Of a DNA stretch of 64,000 nucleotides, positions 20,618-29,171 are shown piece after piece. The translations under genes were made by a program, and so were the position numbers. Source of the stretch: Spirochaetia bacterium (lineage in GTDB: Bacteria; Spirochaetota; Spirochaetia; SZUA-6; Bin103); NCBI GenBank assembly GCA_965203515.1, contig OZ241907.1, forward strand, positions 32,001-96,000. Direction: 5' to 3'. The notes under the pieces were generated by a model. It made no database searches. It was not told the origin of the DNA and was given only the letters and a program-made list of their open reading frames with translations. Numbering within the stretch: position 1 is the first letter of the stretch; each line of letters opens with the position of its first letter.

Positions 20618-20827
20618 ATAGCGTTCGTGCAAGTCGGTGAAGAGGAACTTCTCGAAAAAGCGCTGAAACGATTCAAGCGGATCGTCGAGAAGGAAGGAAT
20701 CGTCCGTGAATGGAAGCGGCGGGAGTACTTCGAGAAGCCGTCGACCGTTCGCAACAAGCGGCGCAAGGCGATGGAACGCAAGCGCCTGAAGAAGCTGCGT
20801 AAGATACAGACACAGCAGAAGCGCTAG
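20618..20827 (+). CDS. rpsU: 30S ribosomal protein S21 (probable ATA start)
   Basis: [10 protein letters not shown]...[22 protein letters not shown] 8 nt before an in-frame ATA at 20618, giving 69 aa. Confidence 0.95.
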   Translation: MAFVQVGEEELLEKALKRFKRIVEKEGIVREWKRREYFEKPSTVRNKRRKAMERKRLKKLRKIQTQQKR

Positions 20828-20876
20828 GATCGTCAGGGCGCAACCGCGCGGCGGCGCGGCGTGGGTTGGCCCGGGC

Positions 20877-20905
20877 TTGACGGGCGGCTTCCGTTCTGTT
20901 ACGCT
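20877..20905 (+). promoter_or_regulatory. Sigma70-type promoter of the initiator tRNA
   Basis: TTGACG(20877-20882)-17 nt-TACGCT(20900-20905) with extended -10 TG. Confidence 0.65.
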
Positions 20906-20922
20906 ATCATTTGACCAGAAGA

Positions 20923-20995
20923 CGCAGGGTAGAGCAGTTGGCAGCTCGTCGGGCTCATAACCCGGAGGTCGCAGGTTCGAATCCTGCCCCTGCTA
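20923..20995 (+). tRNA. tRNA-fMet (initiator, anticodon CAT)
   Basis: Cloverleaf CGCAGGG...CCCTGCT-A with C1:U72 mismatch; GGG/CCC pairs in the anticodon stem; loop CTCATAA; GGTTCGAATCC T-arm; CCA not encoded. Confidence 0.95.
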
Positions 20996-21137
20996 TTCGT
21001 TTCCAGAGACGGCGCAACCCGGTCGATCAGGCTGGGTCCTGGTCATCGGTGGCCCGATGGCCGTCGAGCGCAGACTGGTCAAGTGCTGGCTGTCTGCCGG
21101 CAGGTGGCCGGGCATCCCGACCCTGACGATGCGACGA

Positions 21138-21197
21138 CCGTGCCGATTTCGGCCGTGCTGATTTCGACCCGGCCGATGATGACCCGACCGATGATGA
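21138..21197. repeat. Degenerate 15-bp tandem repeat x4 between the two tRNAs
   Basis: ccgtgccgatttcgg / ccgtgctgatttcga / cccggccgatgatga / cccgaccgatgatga, bracketed by a 16-bp near-direct repeat tggccgg(g/c)catcccga at 21105 and 21201. Confidence 0.7.
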
Positions 21198-21255
21198 CCC
21201 TGGCCGGCCATCCCGATCCGGTGCCCCGCACCGGGGCGGGAACGGGGTGGAAAGG

Positions 21256-21328
21256 TAGCGGCGAAGGGATTCGAACCCCTGCCCCAGCGGATATGAGCCG
21301 CTTGCTCTGCCAACTGAGCTACGCCGCC
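21256..21328 (-). tRNA. tRNA with CAT anticodon, probably elongator tRNA-Met
   Basis: Reverse complement GGCGGCG TAGCTCAGTTGGCAGAGC A AGCGG CTCATAT CCGCT GGGGC AGGGG TTCGAAT CCCTT CGCCGCT A; G4/G5 in the acceptor stem argues against Ile2. Confidence 0.92.
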
Positions 21329-21360
21329 ATGCGCTTCACGATAAGCGTACCCGGGCCGTG

Positions 21361-23145
21361 ATGTCAAGCTCCGGCGAGGTGTCCGGCCGGAACCGTCAGG
21401 GGGAGCTGATCGCGTTGGGCGCGCTCGCGGCAGCGGTGGCGGTCTTCTACCTGGCGCGTCTGATCGCCGGCGCCGAACCGGCTGTCCGTGCCGGCGGACC
21501 GCCCGCCGGCGCCCAGGTGCGGCCGCTCGACCGCGTGCTCATCCCCGCGACGGCCGCCGGGCTGCTCGTCGCCGGCTACCTTCTGCTGCGCTGCATCGCC
21601 TATCGGCCGACGTGTCGTATGGCGGCGCTGGCCGTCTTCAGCCACGCGGTCGCCGTGGCCGCGCGGCCGTTCTCCGCGGAGTCGGTGCTCAGCCACGCCT
21701 TTGCGCAGAGCGGCGCCGTTACCCCCTGGCTCCTGGTCCTGGCGGTGCTGGCGTTGCCGCAGCGCCGCTGGCCGGGGAGCGCGCGGGCCGCCGCCGCGAT
21801 CGGCATCGGATTCGCCGGGCTGACGGCGGCGGTCCGGGTCGTCGCCTTCTCGGCGGCCGCGGCCGGCGATCAGCGTTGGCTGGCGCGTCACGAGCTTGCC
21901 GGCGCCGTCGCCGACGGCGGCACGGCGGTCGCCGTGGCCGCCGCCCTGACCCTGTTGCTCGCGGCGTACCGGAGTCCGCGGGCGGGACAGGCGCGGGAAG
22001 CGGTCCTGTGGATCATCGGCGGAGCGCTGGTGTCGCTGCCCGCGTGGCTGCTGCTGCGGCTTCCGGCGTACGCCGTTGATCGCGCCGCGGCCGGCGGCGT
22101 CTCGTGGTCGGCGGGAGCGGTCGCCGATCTGTTGCTCCTGCCCTTGCCGGTCTTCTTCCTGGTCGGTACCCAGCGCATTCAGAGCGTCGATCAGCGCCGG
22201 GCGGCCAATCGGTTCGTGGCGACGGTGATAGTCCTCACGGTGCTGTTCCTCTCCGTCGCGATCGCCGGCGACTACCCGCAGCGGCAGATCGTGGACAGCT
22301 ACGGGCTGGGGGATCGCGTCGCCGCGTTTCTGGTGCTCGGTCCCTCGTTCATCGCGCTGTTCGCGCTCCATGCCCTGCTGGTTCGGGCGTTCGATCGCGC
22401 CGGCGGCGCGGGGCGCGCGACGGCGCCGGCGACCGGCGGCACGGACGGCTCCCGCGGCGTGCGGGACGTGCGCATGTTGGCGCGAGCGCTGCATCGTTCG
22501 CTCGGCGGCTCCCTGAGCGCGGCGGCCGGCGCCTTGCAGGCGCTGGAGTTCGAGCTGGAGGCGGAACGAGATCGCTCCCCGCAGACGGATGTCGCTTCGC
22601 GGCAGCTGCCGCGCGACGCCCTGGACAGCATCCGCGGGTTTCGGCAGACGGCCCTGACCGTGCTCGCGGCGTTGCGACGGCTCGACGCCGGCACCAGGTC
22701 CGGGAGCGCCGTGGTCGCCGTGCAGGTCTCCGATCTGTTCGCGGCTGCATACCGGCGCGCCGTGCGAAGCAGCGACATGCGCGTAGTGTTGACCGACGGA
22801 GGAGATCTGTTCGTGGCGTGCGACCCCGCAGAGCTGGCGCGTGCGGTGGCCGAGCTGCTGCTGAACGCGGAAGAAGCGGGCCTTCGCCCGCGCGCGCGCA
22901 TCACCATGCGGGCGCGCCCGCAGGGCGGCGAGGTCGTCATCGAGGTCGAAGACTCGGGAGCCCGCCCGCTCGGCCCGGCGCGGTCGCGCGTGTTCGAGCC
23001 GTTCTACTCGACCAAGCCCGGCCACGATGGACTCGGTCTCTACATCAGCCGCGCGCTCGTCGAGCACAACGGCGGCTCGCTCGTGCTGGAGCGCGGTACC
23101 GAGGGTACCTGCGCGGTCGTGACCCTGCCGGCGGCCCGCCCATGA
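21361..23145 (+). CDS. Membrane-bound sensor histidine kinase-like protein
   Basis: Many TM helices; HATPase_c boxes ELLLNAEEA, VEDSG, VFEPFYSTK, GLGLYIS; divergent H-box (LHRSLGGSL). Confidence 0.8.
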   Translation: MSSSGEVSGRNRQGELIALGALAAAVAVFYLARLIAGAEPAVRAGGPPAGAQVRPLDRVLIPATAAGLLVAGYLLLRCIAYRPTCRMAALAVFSHAVAVAARPFSAESVLSHAFAQSGAVTPWLLVLAVLALPQRRWPGSARAAAAIGIGFAGLTAAVRVVAFSAAAAGDQRWLARHELAGAVADGGTAVAVAAALTLLLAAYRSPRAGQAREAVLWIIGGALVSLPAWLLLRLPAYAVDRAAAGGVSWSAGAVADLLLLPLPVFFLVGTQRIQSVDQRRAANRFVATVIVLTVLFLSVAIAGDYPQRQIVDSYGLGDRVAAFLVLGPSFIALFALHALLVRAFDRAGGAGRATAPATGGTDGSRGVRDVRMLARALHRSLGGSLSAAAGALQALEFELEAERDRSPQTDVASRQLPRDALDSIRGFRQTALTVLAALRRLDAGTRSGSAVVAVQVSDLFAAAYRRAVRSSDMRVVLTDGGDLFVACDPAELARAVAELLLNAEEAGLRPRARITMRARPQGGEVVIEVEDSGARPLGPARSRVFEPFYSTKPGHDGLGLYISRALVEHNGGSLVLERGTEGTCAVVTLPAARP

Positions 23146-23603
23146 CGATCCATACCGACGGCGGCTGCCAGGGGAATCCCGGTCCGGGCGCCTGGGCATA
23201 CGTGGTTCAGACGGCTGGCGGGCAGGTGAGCGGGGCCGGCTACGCGGGTCGCACGACCAACAACCGCATGGAGCTGGAGGCGGTGATCCGGGCGTTGCAG
23301 CTGGCCTGCGAACGGGCGGACGGGCCCGTCACGGTGATCACGGACTCACGCTACGTGGAGGGCGGCGTCGAGGAGTGGATCCCCCGGTGGGAGGCCAACG
23401 GCTGGAGGACCAGATCGGGGTCGCCGGTCAAGAACCGCGAACTCTGGCAGGAGCTGCAGGAGATGAAGCGGGCGTTGCAGGCCCGCGGCTTCTCTGTCGA
23501 ATTGCGGCGGGTGCGCGGCCACGCCGGCGTGGAACTCAACGAAGCATGCCATCGGCTGGTCACCAGGACGATCGCCGCCGGGCGGAAGGGGCGCCGGGGA
23601 TAG
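23142..23603 (+). CDS. rnhA: Ribonuclease HI
   Basis: HTDGGCQGNPGPG, TTNNRMELEA, TDSRYV, VKNRELW, VRGHAG...NE; ATGA overlap with the kinase stop. Confidence 0.95.
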   Translation: MTIHTDGGCQGNPGPGAWAYVVQTAGGQVSGAGYAGRTTNNRMELEAVIRALQLACERADGPVTVITDSRYVEGGVEEWIPRWEANGWRTRSGSPVKNRELWQELQEMKRALQARGFSVELRRVRGHAGVELNEACHRLVTRTIAAGRKGRRG

Positions 23604-23678
23604 AAGCGCCGCCGCCGTTTCGTGCGCTTTCTGCCATGACGGGTGTCCGACGCGGCGCCCGGGGGAGGTCTCAGGCAG

Positions 23679-25232
23679 ATGTTGGCGCGTGTGGCATGCC
23701 ATGCCCCGATCGGCGTGGACGGCGTTCTGGTTACCGCGGAGGTCGACATACGGAGGGGCATGCCGGTCGTCGACATCGTCGGCCTGCCCGGCGGCGTGGT
23801 GCGCGAAGCGCGCGACCGCATCCGCGTCGCGATCCGCAACAGCGGCCTGTCGTTCCCGGACGACCGCATCCTGATCAACCTGTCGCCGGCGGCGGTCCGC
23901 AAGACCGGCGCGTCCTTCGACTTGCCGCTCGCGCTGGCGGTATTGGCCGCCTCCGGCCAGATCCCCTGGGACGACGAGGTGGAGATCATGGTGCTCGGTG
24001 AGCTGACCCTGCGCGGCGACGTGCGGCCCGTGCACGGCGCGCTGGCTGCGGTCGCCACCGGGTTGGAGCGCGGCATCGACCGCTTCGTCGTGCCGCGCGC
24101 CAACTTGGCCGAAGCGAGCGCGCTGGGGCGGGGAGCGATCGTTGGCGTCGGCTCGCTGGCGGAGGCGGTCGAGACGTTCCGGGAGGCGCGGCCCGATGCG
24201 TGGCCGCGCGCGGAGCGGCGGAGCGCCGCGGCGCCCGACCGCGCACCGGCCGGCGCGCGGTGCGGGGACTTCGCCGACCTGCGCGGACAAGACCGGCTGA
24301 AGCGGGCGCTGGAAATCGCCGCCGCCGGCCGCCACCACACGCTGATGTTCGGGCCGCCGGGCAGCGGCAAGACCATGGCGGCGCGGCGCCTGCCGGGAAT
24401 CCTGCCGACGCTCACCAGCCGACAGGCGCTGGAGGTGACGCGCGTGCACTCGGTGGCCGGCACCCTAGGAGCGGGCGCTTCGCTCATCACGCAGCCGCCG
24501 TTCCGCATGCCGCACCACAGCGCTTCGATGGAAGGGCTGATCGGCGGCGGCCGGATGCAGCGGCCGGGCGAAGTGTCGCTGGCGCATGGCGGCGTGCTGT
24601 TTCTCGACGAGACGCCGGAGTTCCGGGCGGCGCTGCTGCAGGCGCTGCGCGAGCCGCTGGAGTCGGGGGAGGTGACGGTCGTGCGCGCCGGCTACTCGGT
24701 GCGCTACCCGGCCGGCTTCCAGCTCGTCTGCGCCGCCAATCCGTGCCCGTGCGGCAACCTGGGCCGCGACGCCGGGGTCTGCCTGTGCTCGCCGGCGGAC
24801 GTGCATCGCTACTGGCGGCGGCTCGGCGGAGCGCTGCTCGACCGGATCGACGTCCGCGCGCCGGTGTCGCCGCCGCGGCCGGCCGACCTGCAGGCGTCGG
24901 CGCCGGAAGGCAGCGCCCGGATCGCGGCGCGCGTGGCGGAGGCGGTGGAGCGCCAGCGCCGCCGCTATCGCGGCATGGAGTGGGAACGCAACGCCGAGCT
25001 GCCGGCCGGGGCGGTGGAAGTGCACTGCCGGCTGGACGCGGCCGGCCGCGCGGCGCTGCGCGGCGCGGTCGACAAGCTCGGCCTGTCGGCCCGCGCCTAT
25101 CACGCGATCGCCCGCGTGGCGCGCACGATCGCCGACCTGGAGCGCTCGGATGGCGTGACGGTCGATCATCTGCTGGAGGCGGTGCAGCACCGGCGCTATG
25201 GCGACGGCGACCTGTGCTGGATCACGCTGTAG
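23679..25232 (+). CDS. comM: YifB/ComM family Mg-chelatase-like AAA+ ATPase
   Basis: IVGLP, INLSPA, FDLPLAL, GELTLRG, GPPGSGKT, PFRMPHHS, PGEVSLAHGGVLFLDE, ANPCPCG, LLDRID, ARTIADL; appears intact. Confidence 0.93.
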   Translation: MLARVACHAPIGVDGVLVTAEVDIRRGMPVVDIVGLPGGVVREARDRIRVAIRNSGLSFPDDRILINLSPAAVRKTGASFDLPLALAVLAASGQIPWDDEVEIMVLGELTLRGDVRPVHGALAAVATGLERGIDRFVVPRANLAEASALGRGAIVGVGSLAEAVETFREARPDAWPRAERRSAAAPDRAPAGARCGDFADLRGQDRLKRALEIAAAGRHHTLMFGPPGSGKTMAARRLPGILPTLTSRQALEVTRVHSVAGTLGAGASLITQPPFRMPHHSASMEGLIGGGRMQRPGEVSLAHGGVLFLDETPEFRAALLQALREPLESGEVTVVRAGYSVRYPAGFQLVCAANPCPCGNLGRDAGVCLCSPADVHRYWRRLGGALLDRIDVRAPVSPPRPADLQASAPEGSARIAARVAEAVERQRRRYRGMEWERNAELPAGAVEVHCRLDAAGRAALRGAVDKLGLSARAYHAIARVARTIADLERSDGVTVDHLLEAVQHRRYGDGDLCWITL

Positions 25233-25311
25233 GTGCGCCGTGCCGATGCGACCGCGTTATCATACCGTGAGCCATGCACCGCTGCGATCGGCTCCGATGG
25301 GCGTTGACGGG

Positions 25312-27042
25312 ATGCTGACCAGACTCCGTATCAGAAACTTCAAGCTGTTCGATGATGTCGACCTGGAGCTCGGCCAGCAGGTGGTGTTCATCGGCCCTAA
25401 CAACGCGGGCAAGACCACCGCCCTGCAGGCGCTCGCGCTCTGGGACATCGGCCGCGCGCGCTGGCTCGAAAAGCGCGGCGCCGGAGCCGGCCCGGCGAAG
25501 CGTTCCGGGGTCGCCATCAATCGCCGGGATCTCATCGCCCTGCCGGTGCCGACCGCCAACCTGCTGTGGCGCGACCTGCACCTGCGGGTCGGCCGCCGCG
25601 AGAACGGCAAGACTCGAACCGACAACGTACTGATCGACATCGCCGTCGATGGGACCATGGGCGCCGATGCCCCGCACCGGTGGACCTGCGGGCTGGAGTT
25701 CGACTACGCCAATGAAGAGGCGTTCTACTGCCGGCCGTTGCGCCGGGAGGATGGCGGCCGCCTGCCGGTGCCGGCGGCCGCGCGCGGCGTGCGCGTCGCC
25801 TACCTGCCGCCGATGTCGGGACTCGCAGCCAACGAGACCCGGCTCGACCCCGGCGCGATCAACGTCCGCATCGGCGAGGGGCGGACCGCCGAGGTGTTGC
25901 GCAATCTCTGTCACCGGATCGTCGAAGGCGCCGGCGGTGAGGACAAGTGGCGGCGGCTGTGCGATCGCATCGAAAGGCTGTTCGGCAGCCGCCTCGATCC
26001 GCCGCGCTATCTTCCCGAGCGCGGCGAGATCACGATGTCCTACCGCACCCGCGCCGGGGTGCGCCTCGACCTGTCGGCCAGCGGTCGCGGCGAGCAACAG
26101 ACCCTCCTGTTGCTCGCTCACATGACCGCCAACCCCGGCTCGGTACTGCTGCTCGACGAACCGGACGCCCATCTCGAAGTGATCCGCCAGCGCCAGACCT
26201 ATCAACTGCTGAGCGAGACCGCGGCAGAGACCGGCAGCCAGATCATCGCTGCCAGCCACTCCGAGGTGGTGCTCAACGAAGCCGCCGGTCGGGACGTGCT
26301 GATCGCCTTCGTCGGCGCGCCGCACCGCATCGACCGCCGCGGCAGCCAGGCGGCCAAGGCGCTCCGCGAGATCGGCTTCGAGCACTACCTGCAGGCGGAA
26401 GAGAAGGGCTGGGTCCTGTACCTGGAGGGATCGACCGACCTGGCGATACTGCTGGCGCTCGCCCGCCGCCTGCAGCATCCTGCGGCGGCGCTGCTGGAAG
26501 CGCCCTACGTCCACTACGTCGCCAATCGGCCGCGACGGGCGAGCGACCATTTCCACGGGTTGCGCGAGGCCAAGCCGGACCTGGTCGGCGTGGCGGTCTA
26601 CGACCGGCTGCAGTCGCCGCCGCCAGCGGATGACCCGCACCTGCTGCATCTCACCTGGAGGCGGCGCGAGCTGGAGAACTACCTCTGCCGGCGCGGCGTG
26701 CTGCTGGACTTCGCGGAAGCGGAGGGCCGGCGCCTCCAAGGCGATCTGTTCGGCGCCGCGTGGCGGGAGCGGATGCAGGCGTGCATCGACGAAATCGAGC
26801 AGGCGCTGCGGACGCTGGACGCGTCGTCGCCCTGGGGACCGGACGTCAAGGCCAGCGACGAGTTCCTGGACCCGCTGTTCACGCGTTTCTACGCCGCGTC
26901 GGACTCGCCCGACCTGATGCGCAAGGCCGACTATCACCGTTTGGCCGAGTTCCTGGAGGCCGGCGCCGCCGACGCCGAGATCACCGAGAAGCTCGACGCC
27001 ATCGCCGGCACCGCAGACCGTGCCCGCCCGCGCGAGCGCTGA
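25312..27042 (+). CDS. ABC-type ATPase fused to a TOPRIM-like domain (OLD-family-like ATP-dependent nuclease)
   Basis: IRNFK start, Walker A GPNNAGKTT, signature SGRGEQQ, Walker B LLLDEPDAHL, ASHS; C-terminal LYLEGSTD...YDR...RRELENYL. Confidence 0.8.
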   Translation: MLTRLRIRNFKLFDDVDLELGQQVVFIGPNNAGKTTALQALALWDIGRARWLEKRGAGAGPAKRSGVAINRRDLIALPVPTANLLWRDLHLRVGRRENGKTRTDNVLIDIAVDGTMGADAPHRWTCGLEFDYANEEAFYCRPLRREDGGRLPVPAAARGVRVAYLPPMSGLAANETRLDPGAINVRIGEGRTAEVLRNLCHRIVEGAGGEDKWRRLCDRIERLFGSRLDPPRYLPERGEITMSYRTRAGVRLDLSASGRGEQQTLLLLAHMTANPGSVLLLDEPDAHLEVIRQRQTYQLLSETAAETGSQIIAASHSEVVLNEAAGRDVLIAFVGAPHRIDRRGSQAAKALREIGFEHYLQAEEKGWVLYLEGSTDLAILLALARRLQHPAAALLEAPYVHYVANRPRRASDHFHGLREAKPDLVGVAVYDRLQSPPPADDPHLLHLTWRRRELENYLCRRGVLLDFAEAEGRRLQGDLFGAAWRERMQACIDEIEQALRTLDASSPWGPDVKASDEFLDPLFTRFYAASDSPDLMRKADYHRLAEFLEAGAADAEITEKLDAIAGTADRARPRER

Positions 27043-27098
27043 CCGCCGGCAGAGCGCACGGACGAACCGCCGACCGCGACTGCGCTACCATATGCGGC

Positions 27099-27503
27099 AT
27101 GTCCGCGCGCCAGTACGATTGGCTCCGTCAGGCAGAGGCGGACGTGCGCCACGCCCACCACGCACGCGATCACGCCGACCACGAATGGGCCTGCTTCGCC
27201 TCGCAGCAGGCGGCCGAGAAGTCGCTCAAGGCGGTGCTGGTGAGCCGCGGCGAAGACGCGTGGGGGCACACCGTGACCGCGCTGCTCGGTCTTCTGGTCA
27301 GCGCAGCGGAAGCCGGCGAGGAATTGATCGAATGCGCCAAGACCCTCGACAAGCACTACATACCGGCGCGCTATCCCAACGGTTTCGATGCGGGCGCGCC
27401 GACCGACTTCTACACGAAGAAGGACTCTGACGATGCCATCCTGTGCGCCGAACGGCTCATCGGCTTCGCTCGTCTTCAAATCGAACAATCAGGCGACCGT
27501 TGA
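27099..27503 (+). CDS. HEPN domain protein (sacsin-type HEPN)
   Basis: DWLRQAEAD, WACFASQQAAEKSLKA, WGH, LDKHYIPARYPN; TACCAT 7 nt before the ATG. Confidence 0.9.
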   Translation: MSARQYDWLRQAEADVRHAHHARDHADHEWACFASQQAAEKSLKAVLVSRGEDAWGHTVTALLGLLVSAAEAGEELIECAKTLDKHYIPARYPNGFDAGAPTDFYTKKDSDDAILCAERLIGFARLQIEQSGDR

Positions 27504-27798
27504 AGCGGCGGTTCGCCGCTGGGCGCGTCACCTGCTGGCGAGCCGTCCCGAGGTGGTCCGGGTCATCTGGTTCGGCTCACGGGTAAACGGCACTCCGGCG
27601 CCGGGAAGCGACGTGGACGCCTGTGTGGTCATCTCCCGCTCCGACCGGCGGTTTCGGGATCGCATCGGCGATTACCTGCCGTTCGGGTTCCCCGTGGGCA
27701 TCGACCTGTTTCCGTACACCGTCGCGGAACTGGATCGACTCCGTGACGAGCATCCCGCGTGGTACCGGGCGATCACCTCCGGAATCGAGCTCCGATAG
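27433..27798 (+). CDS. Minimal nucleotidyltransferase (MNT), partner of HEPN
   Basis: WFGSRVNGTPAPGSDVD (GS-x10-DxD), later IDLFPYT; overlaps the HEPN gene. Confidence 0.88.
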   Translation: MPSCAPNGSSASLVFKSNNQATVEAAVRRWARHLLASRPEVVRVIWFGSRVNGTPAPGSDVDACVVISRSDRRFRDRIGDYLPFGFPVGIDLFPYTVAELDRLRDEHPAWYRAITSGIELR

Positions 27799-27811
27799 AG
27801 ACGTGGGCGCG

Positions 27812-28642
27812 ATGGCGAAGGTCGACTTCGAGCCGGGCATCATCGGCCTTCCCGCGCGGCAGGCCGCGCTCTGGGGGTTTCGCTCCGGCGCGCGCGGCAC
27901 CCATACCAGCCGGACGATCATGCTCCGGGAGCTCTCGCTCCTGCTTCAGGCCGCGCCGATCGAGGCGGCGCGCGCCGACTACGCACGGCTCGTCATCGAC
28001 GAGAATTGCCTGGGCAAGCGCACCGCGGCGACTTGCAAGGCGTCGCTGCAGCGGCTGCGGGAGCTGTACGGCCTCGACCGCCGTCTGCTCCTGTTCCGGG
28101 TCCTCCGGGCACTGTGGCCGCACCACGAGTCGAGCCGCCCGCGGCTGGCGCTGCTGCTCGCCCTGGCGCGCGACCCGCTGCTGCGCGCTACCGCCCCGGC
28201 CGTGCTCGGCTGCCCCGTCGGCGGGACGCTCTCCCGGCAGGCGGTGACCGACCTTGTCTCCGACGCGGCCGGCGATCGCCTGAACCGGCGCACCGCGGAC
28301 CAGGTGGTGCGCAACGCCCTCTCCTCCTGGACCCAGTCCGGGCACCTGCGCGGCGCCGGCATCAAGGTCCGGCAGCGCGTACCGGCAACCCCCGCGGCCG
28401 CGGCGTACGCGCTGCTGCTCGGCTACGCCGCCGGCCGGCGCGGCAGCCTGCTGTTCGAGACCCCCTGGTGCGCGGTCCTCGACGCCGGCGCGGGAGGCCT
28501 GGTGGGGCAGGCCGCGGCGGCGAAGCGCCTCGGCCTGCTCGACCTCAAGCAATCGGGGCCGATGATCGAGGTTTCATTTGGTATCATGTTGGCGGACACC
28601 GGCGAGGAACTTGGCCATGGGACGCATCGACAAGCTGGCTGA
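27812..28642 (+). CDS. BrxA-like first gene of the BREX locus
   Basis: Position directly before brxB/brxC; GTHTSRTIML, ENCLGKRT, RDPLLR, SSWTQSGHL resemble the protein usually found at this position; assignment mainly by synteny. Confidence 0.65.
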   Translation: MAKVDFEPGIIGLPARQAALWGFRSGARGTHTSRTIMLRELSLLLQAAPIEAARADYARLVIDENCLGKRTAATCKASLQRLRELYGLDRRLLLFRVLRALWPHHESSRPRLALLLALARDPLLRATAPAVLGCPVGGTLSRQAVTDLVSDAAGDRLNRRTADQVVRNALSSWTQSGHLRGAGIKVRQRVPATPAAAAYALLLGYAAGRRGSLLFETPWCAVLDAGAGGLVGQAAAAKRLGLLDLKQSGPMIEVSFGIMLADTGEELGHGTHRQAG

Positions 28643-29171
28643 GCGCTACGGACGCTACCTCGCGCTGCCGTGGGAGCAGGACCTGGCCGGCGCCGAGCGG
28701 GTGATCTTCCTGGTCTACGACAAGAGCGACGAACGGCGCCTGCGCGCGCGCAAGACCCTCTTCGAGCTGGCGACCAGGCGGGCCGGACACCGCTGGCAGG
28801 AGTGCGATCTGACGGCGGCGTTCGCGCGCTGGATGGCCGGGATCGACTACCGCGACAGCTACTTCGAGTCGCCGGAAGACCTGGAGCTCAAGCTCGAAGA
28901 GGACTTCGCGGAGTACGCGGCCGCCAGCGTGCGCGAGCGATTGCGGTCGCCGCAAGCCGGCCGCGGCTCGGTCACCGGCGTGTTCGGCATCGCCTCGCTG
29001 TTCGGGTTCGTCCGTCTGTCCGATCTGATGAGGGCGGTCGAGCAGGACGTCGCGGGCCGCCTCGCGGTGTTCTTTCCGGGCGAATATGAAGACAGTCAGT
29101 ACCGGCTGTTGAACGCTCGGGACGGCTGGAACTACCTGGCCGTGCCGATCACCGCGCACGACGAACGATGA
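28617..29171 (+). CDS. brxB: BREX protein BrxB (DUF1788)
   Basis: LVYDKSDERRLR, GIASLFGF, GRLAVFFPGEY...YRLLNARDGWNYLA; ATGA-coupled to brxC. Confidence 0.85.
   Translation: MGRIDKLAERYGRYLALPWEQDLAGAERVIFLVYDKSDERRLRARKTLFELATRRAGHRWQECDLTAAFARWMAGIDYRDSYFESPEDLELKLEEDFAEYAAASVRERLRSPQAGRGSVTGVFGIASLFGFVRLSDLMRAVEQDVAGRLAVFFPGEYEDSQYRLLNARDGWNYLAVPITAHDER

Noticed and set aside
21105..21216. Repeats between the tRNAs as a possible CRISPR array
   Set aside because: Units are 15 bp, degenerate and directly adjacent with no unique spacers; no cas genes are in the window.
22104..23141. Apparent long N-terminal fusion to RNase HI
   Set aside because: It is an alternate frame of the kinase gene; RNase HI motifs start at ATG 23142.
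23679..25232. comM disrupted by island integration
   Set aside because: The ORF is full length with its C-terminal ARTIADL...EAVQHR motifs, and no second comM fragment or integrase was seen.
25312..27042. Gabija system
   Set aside because: No UvrD-like GajB helicase is adjacent, so it is reported only as an OLD-like ATPase/TOPRIM protein.
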